A DNA stretch of 63,918 nt, counting the filler, from Craspedostauros australis (lineage: Eukaryota), in the NCBI GenBank assembly GCA_030167865.1. It is 17 parts of 17 records of this genome, joined end to end, with 100 filler letters (N's around TTAATTAATTAA, not from the genome) between each part and the next. Parts side by side here need not be neighbours in the genome. Positions count along the whole stretch, not along the records: positions 58,412 to 61,360 come from JALAGF010001104.1; positions 61,461 to 62,551 come from JALAGF010001105.1; positions 62,652 to 63,918 come from JALAGF010001107.1; 14 more parts are not named here. One strand, written 5' to 3'. The notes beneath the pieces are model-generated. The model ran no database searches. It worked only from the letters and a program-made list of their open reading frames with translations, and was not told the DNA's origin. Position numbers and translations under genes: made by a program. Within the stretch, counting starts at the first letter, position 1; every line of letters begins with the position of its first letter. Positions 59,065 to 63,918 of this stretch are shown here, one piece after another.

Positions 59065-61360
59065 ATGGAGATCCAACAAGCACAAATCTGTTTTGACGAC
59101 CTCCCGGCGTCTATTGGGGAGTTGCGAAAGGACGGGTACTCCTCTACGGAGGCAGAGGAGGAAGGAGAGCAGAACGCCAGCACCTCCTTCTCTTCCATCG
59201 ACGATGGATCTGGCATGGCCAAAGACGACGCCAACCCTAACACCAACCCTAACACCAACAGGAACGACGGCGAAACTGGTGCAGTTGGCCCATCAAGTGG
59301 CGTCGCTCCGTGGAAGGATACATCGCAATTCCTTGGTCGAGAGGCGGAGCTCGAGCAGCTCAAAGCTCTGAAGGACAAGGTCATCGGAGAACACCAGAGC
59401 GATGCCACTACTACTTCCTCACAGGATCCATCGACTGATGAGGGCAAGGCAACGCCGCCGCCCCCAACGACACCCATAGCAAAACCTGGCAAGAGACTCG
59501 ATGTACACCCGGCAGTACTGGTCTGGGGTGTCAGCGGTACAGGAAAGTCCGCTCTCGTCGATCACTTCCTGGAGACATGCTGCATTTGCAGCAAGGGCTC
59601 CAACCAGAAGCAGCAGAGCAACAAACAGGCAGCATCCTCGTCATCCTCTTGCTCCTGCTGCTACGTCCTGCGTGGAAAGTATGACGAGTACACAGGAAAG
59701 AGTGACCCATTCTCGGCCATCGTCCAGGCCATCCAAGACTTCACATCTCAACTCAAGAACGGACCCAAGGAAGAACTTGATCGTATCCGTGAATGTGTGC
59801 GAGCGGCATTCCCCAACGGCGGGCTTCGTCCTTTCGTGAAAGTGGTGCCATCTCTCTCCATCTTGACATCCAAGTCAGCACGAGGCGACGCTTCTGTCAT
59901 GAGCCAATCCGTCAGCCAGCGCGATAACTACAGCACCAGCATGAACGGTAGCATCGCCAACGGTGAATCGCCTTCCCCAGCGGTGGGCGGAGCCATGACA
60001 GAAAAGATGTGGAACCAACTTCAGTACATCTTCGTACAGTTCATTAAGGCAGTCTCGACGAAGGAACGACCCATCTACATGTTCCTCGACGATCTGCAGT
60101 GGTCTGCCGAGGTGGGCCTCAACCTGATCGCCCAAATGGTGGCTGATCCAGGGCTCAAGAACTTCCTTCTGCTTGGTGCCATTCGTCAGGACGCCAACCC
60201 GCCTTCTAACCAACCACTGGATCTCACGCCAGACCACCCACTGGCACGGTGCCTCGTCACGCCGTTGTCGTCAGAGGAGGGTGAAGATGGCAGCCACAAA
60301 GCAGGTGGTCCCGATGATGGATCCGTCGTGACTTCCACCAAATCAATGTCCCAAGCCGGGAAGCGCCGCCCTCCGCGAACCCTGCAGCAGATCACGATCA
60401 CCAACCTCGCGCTGGATGACATGACCGCATGGCTCTCGAGCATGCTGGACTGCAACGACATCGAAGATTTATCCGAGAAGCTCCACGCCAAGACAGACGG
60501 AAACGTCTTCTTCACCCTGCAAGCTCTCGAAGAGCTGGAGAGAAAGGGCATTCTCGCCTTCAACCCCATCTCTCACCGATGGGAATGGAGCCTTTCCAAC
60601 CCAGGGGATGACGACGACAGCAACGCCGGTAGCGCCCAACTGCCCATCAGCGATAACATCATCGGCATCATCGAATCCAAGCTGCGAGACCTTCCCATGC
60701 AGCTGCAGCAGGTGCTATCCGTTGCCGCCTACATCCGATCGATGTTCGACATCTCGGTGCTGCATCGGGTGCTCGAGAATGAGTGCAAACGCGTGGATGG
60801 CCAGATCGATACCATGGACGGCATATCGACCACCCAAGAGCTTTCTGACATGCTGGAAAATGCAGTTCTGGAACGGCTGGTTTCTAATCCCATCGGAGGG
60901 AACAAGTACCACTTCGCGCACGACCGTATCCAGCAGGCCGCACAAGGCATGATCCCAGCCGGCGAGGCTCGCGACAAGCTGAGCGTGCGGATCGGTCACT
61001 GCTTGCTGCAGATGTACCGACGCGTGCAGGCTCGTCTTCAAGAGGACAAAGAAGAAGAGCATGGCAACGATGTGAATCATGGGACTGACCACGAGCCCAA
61101 AAAGCAATGCAAAAGTCACCCACAAGGCAAGGCCGCAATGCCCTCCCAATCCACCGACTCAGTAACGTCAACGGAATCGTTCACTTCGACCTTTACTACG
61201 TCAGAAGTAGATGATGGGCTGTTGTTCGTGGCCGCGGACCACTTGAACAGCGTGCAGACCAAGGACCATATGTTCTCCGTCATCATGAATCTGGAGGTTG
61301 GCGAGAAGGCCTTGGAGATGGCAGCCCTTGAAGCAGCTGCAACATATCTCGAAAAGGCAC
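59065..61360 (+). CDS. COG3899-like STAND/AAA_16 P-loop ATPase, 3' truncated
   Basis: FLGREAELEQL, Walker A GVSGTGKS, GKYD...PFSAI..A, Walker B MFLDDLQW, KTDGNVFF and YHFAHDRIQQAA. Confidence 0.88.
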
Positions 61361-61460
61361 NNNNNNNNNNNNNNNNNNNNNNNNNNNNNNNNNNNNNNNN
61401 NNNNTTAATTAATTAANNNNNNNNNNNNNNNNNNNNNNNNNNNNNNNNNNNNNNNNNNNN

Positions 61461-61728
61461 GTTCAAGGTGGTTGCCATGATCACACAGCTGTCCATTGAT
61501 GAAGGCTTCTTCCAGCCTTTCCAAGTCAGTTACTAGAGAGACAGCGACTAAACAAGTAGAGCAGAGCAGAGTAATTGGTTGTACACGCAGGAACAATGCA
61601 TCGCGCAGGAGACCCATTTTGCCTGTCGTTGTTGTCATTTTTTGTTTGTGTGGTTGCCAATTCGAATGAATCCCGTTGGGTCTTTGTTTTTAGACCTGAG
61701 GGAAATTATCTATATTACCATGGCTCCC
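61461..61728 (+). mobile_element. 3' end of a second Harbinger-like copy: transposase C-terminus (stop at 61536) and terminal region
   Basis: Encodes FKVVAMITQLSIDEGFFQPFQVSY*. Homologous to 6765-7020(-), with similarity ending at GCTCCC. Confidence 0.75.
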
Positions 61729-62651
61729 TGTGGTGGTCATTGGACTGCGTCTCCTTTTCCTCATCACTCGCGTGTTTCTCACACGTTTCCCATCGTGGAA
61801 GATTGACACTTTTGGTTCTGCGTTTGTCCACGGAATTTCGTCAGAATGACATCTTGAAACGACTCAACTCTGCCGAGCACTCAGGACTCGAATGTGGATA
61901 GACTTGCATCCAAGACTAGAAACGTGCTCACTATCGGTTTCGCAGTCATCCGCCGTTGGCGGTGATCGGCGACAGCAGGAGTGCGAGCATAGCTAGTACA
62001 CGCTGCAACTTACGAGTTTCACGTACCATATCATTCAAATCTACGCGCAATACGAGGAGAATACAACAGATGAAATAGGCCGAGGTCTACCAGTGCGAGT
62101 ATGTGTGGTACATATGGTAGGCACACGACTCTTCACACTATCGCCCGAAGATACATATCTTGGTTGGCAGGCAGTGGAGGGAAGGGAATATAGTGTGATA
62201 TAATAGATTCGACAGTTTGCATGAGAAATGCAGACGGAGAAGCAGGCTCTTGAAGAGAGTACTCTGGAATAGAGTAGGGAAGAGGAGAGGAGAGTCCTGT
62301 ACTTCATTTCATTTTCTTGAAAGTTGGGCCGCTCGATGATCAGAGCACATGGACTGAATCAACGATCAAAACTACTTCCGCTCTCTTGAGAGAGGTGGTC
62401 GACTGGAGTAGACTACCGGTAACACATGACACTCTTGGTGAACTGAAGTACTCTGCGACTACTCTTCTCTGCTCTGCTTTGGGCCGCCCTCTTTGGACAC
62501 AGCATCGCCAAGGCATCGTCGGTGATTGATAGACAGACAGACAGACAGACANNNNNNNNNNNNNNNNNNNNNNNNNNNNNNNNNNNNNNNNNNNNTTAAT
62601 TAATTAANNNNNNNNNNNNNNNNNNNNNNNNNNNNNNNNNNNNNNNNNNNN

Positions 62652-63918
62652 CGCAAGGAGGGCGCGCACGAGATGCTGATACCATAGCTTGGGAGCTATA
62701 GTGAGACCGTAAAGGCTTTTAATCAGCTTGAGGCAAGTGTCAGGTCCATTCGTTGATCGGAAGCCGCGAGGGAGGTGCAAGTAGACAGGTCGGTGGATGT
62801 CGGCTTGGACGAACGCGTTCGAAAAATCGATCGATGTCGTAACCCAGCGGAGCAAAATGGAAAGGATGAGAAAGACGCGAACGGATGACCATGCGACAAC
62901 CGGAGCGTAGGTTGCTTCCGTTTCGGTCATCATATCGCCTCTGCAGCACCATCGGCCTTTGTACTTCTTGACCGTCCCGTCGGGCATTCGCTTGCGTCGG
63001 AATACCCATGTCCCTGGGAAGATGCGATTGGTGGTGGAGGATTTCGGCACTTCAATCCACGTCCCTTTGTTGGTGAGATCGTGGATTTCCTTGTGTGCGG
63101 CGGCCATCCATTCGCTCTTGTTGTCGTCGTTCATGGCCTCGCTGAAGGATAGAGTGTCGGGGTCAGCTTTCGACGCCTTGTAGCTGAAGTGCCGGTCCGT
63201 GATGTCGAGATCGCCGCCGCTGGTGAAGAAGCTGAGCAGGTCGTATGTGATGAGGGAACTGTGGTTGTCGTTGTCGTTGTGCTCGACCGCTGTTGCCATC
63301 GCGTAGTGTTCGTCGGTTTCGTTGTCATGCGGTGGTGGTTGGTGAGTTGATGCCGAAGCATGTTGTTCGGCCGGTTCGAATTCGCTCGGTGGGGCCATGA
63401 TCGTTGGTGGTACCTCGGGTGCAACTCCAAGCTGGATGTGCAAGTGAAGTATTCCGATCTCAAATCGCTCGTCATGCGTGATGAGATGCCACGCGAAGCC
63501 CGCTCGTCGCATGAAATCCTGTACCCGTTCATCTTCGTCCGGTGGTCGTAGACCGTTCTCCATGGCCGCGATGGCTCGTTCCAGGGTATACCGTTGGCCT
63601 TGTACACGTGGTATGAATCCGAAGTACGAGACGGGGAGGTGATACTCACCTGTTTCGAGCATTTCGTCGACGGCGTCAACAAATCTACGGATGGCGTAGT
63701 AAAGGCACTGGCTCCTTGCAGCTTCCGTCGGGAATCGGAACTGCACCACATGATCAAAGTAGTGACGGATGTGTCGAGTGATGTTGATGTGGTGCGGCCA
63801 CAGGTGACCGATATCGATGGGGTCCATGGTATGGCCGGGGAATGAGTCGTCGTCCTCTGAGGACGAGCCGGATTGGTTGCTCATCATGAGGATGTGGTGT
63901 TCATGCGGCGATGTTGCT
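62652..63918 (-). mobile_element. Ty1/copia reverse transcriptase (RVT_2) N-terminal half with a long upstream in-frame region
   Basis: ADPDTLSFSEAM, GTWVFRRKR.PDG.VKKYKGRWCCRGD, TYAPVV.WSSVR, DFSNAFVQA and KSLYGL..APKLWY. The frame is open at both contig ends. Confidence 0.92.

Noticed and set aside
59233..59256. AACCCTAAC twice as an interstitial telomere
   Set aside because: It encodes NPNTNPNT inside the ATPase ORF and has only two interrupted copies.
62317..62551. Possible LTR end (TGAAAGTTGGGCCG...) with (GACA)n at the contig end
   Set aside because: There is no second copy, PBS, PPT or TSD in the window to support it.

Overview
Eukaryotic DNA, most likely from a diatom (inference from gene families, short GT-AG introns and TTAGGG-type telomeres). 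It is not one locus: 17 short contigs are joined by 100-bp N44-TTAATTAATTAA-N44 spacers, so adjacency across spacers means nothing. About half of the contigs are transposon fragments: four Ty1/copia pieces, a piggyBac, two PIF/Harbinger-like pieces, a LINE remnant, a Sola3-like transposase and a long inverted repeat. Host genes include an NAD(P)-binding SDR, an ankyrin protein, a sulfotransferase, an F-box-like protein, a VOC/glyoxalase-like protein, an M28 carboxypeptidase, a spliced TLC-like membrane protein, the NRT2 5' end, a lipoxygenase 3' end, three tandem kinase-less LRR membrane proteins and a COG3899-like STAND/AAA_16 ATPase. One contig is a telomere followed by a 1025-bp subtelomeric tandem repeat. 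I found no clearly new multi-gene system. The best leads are a small protein made almost wholly of about 7 WH2-like repeats, an unrecognised domain inside a copia polyprotein, the LRR array and the Sola3-like element. All family calls come from motif recognition by eye, not from database searches.
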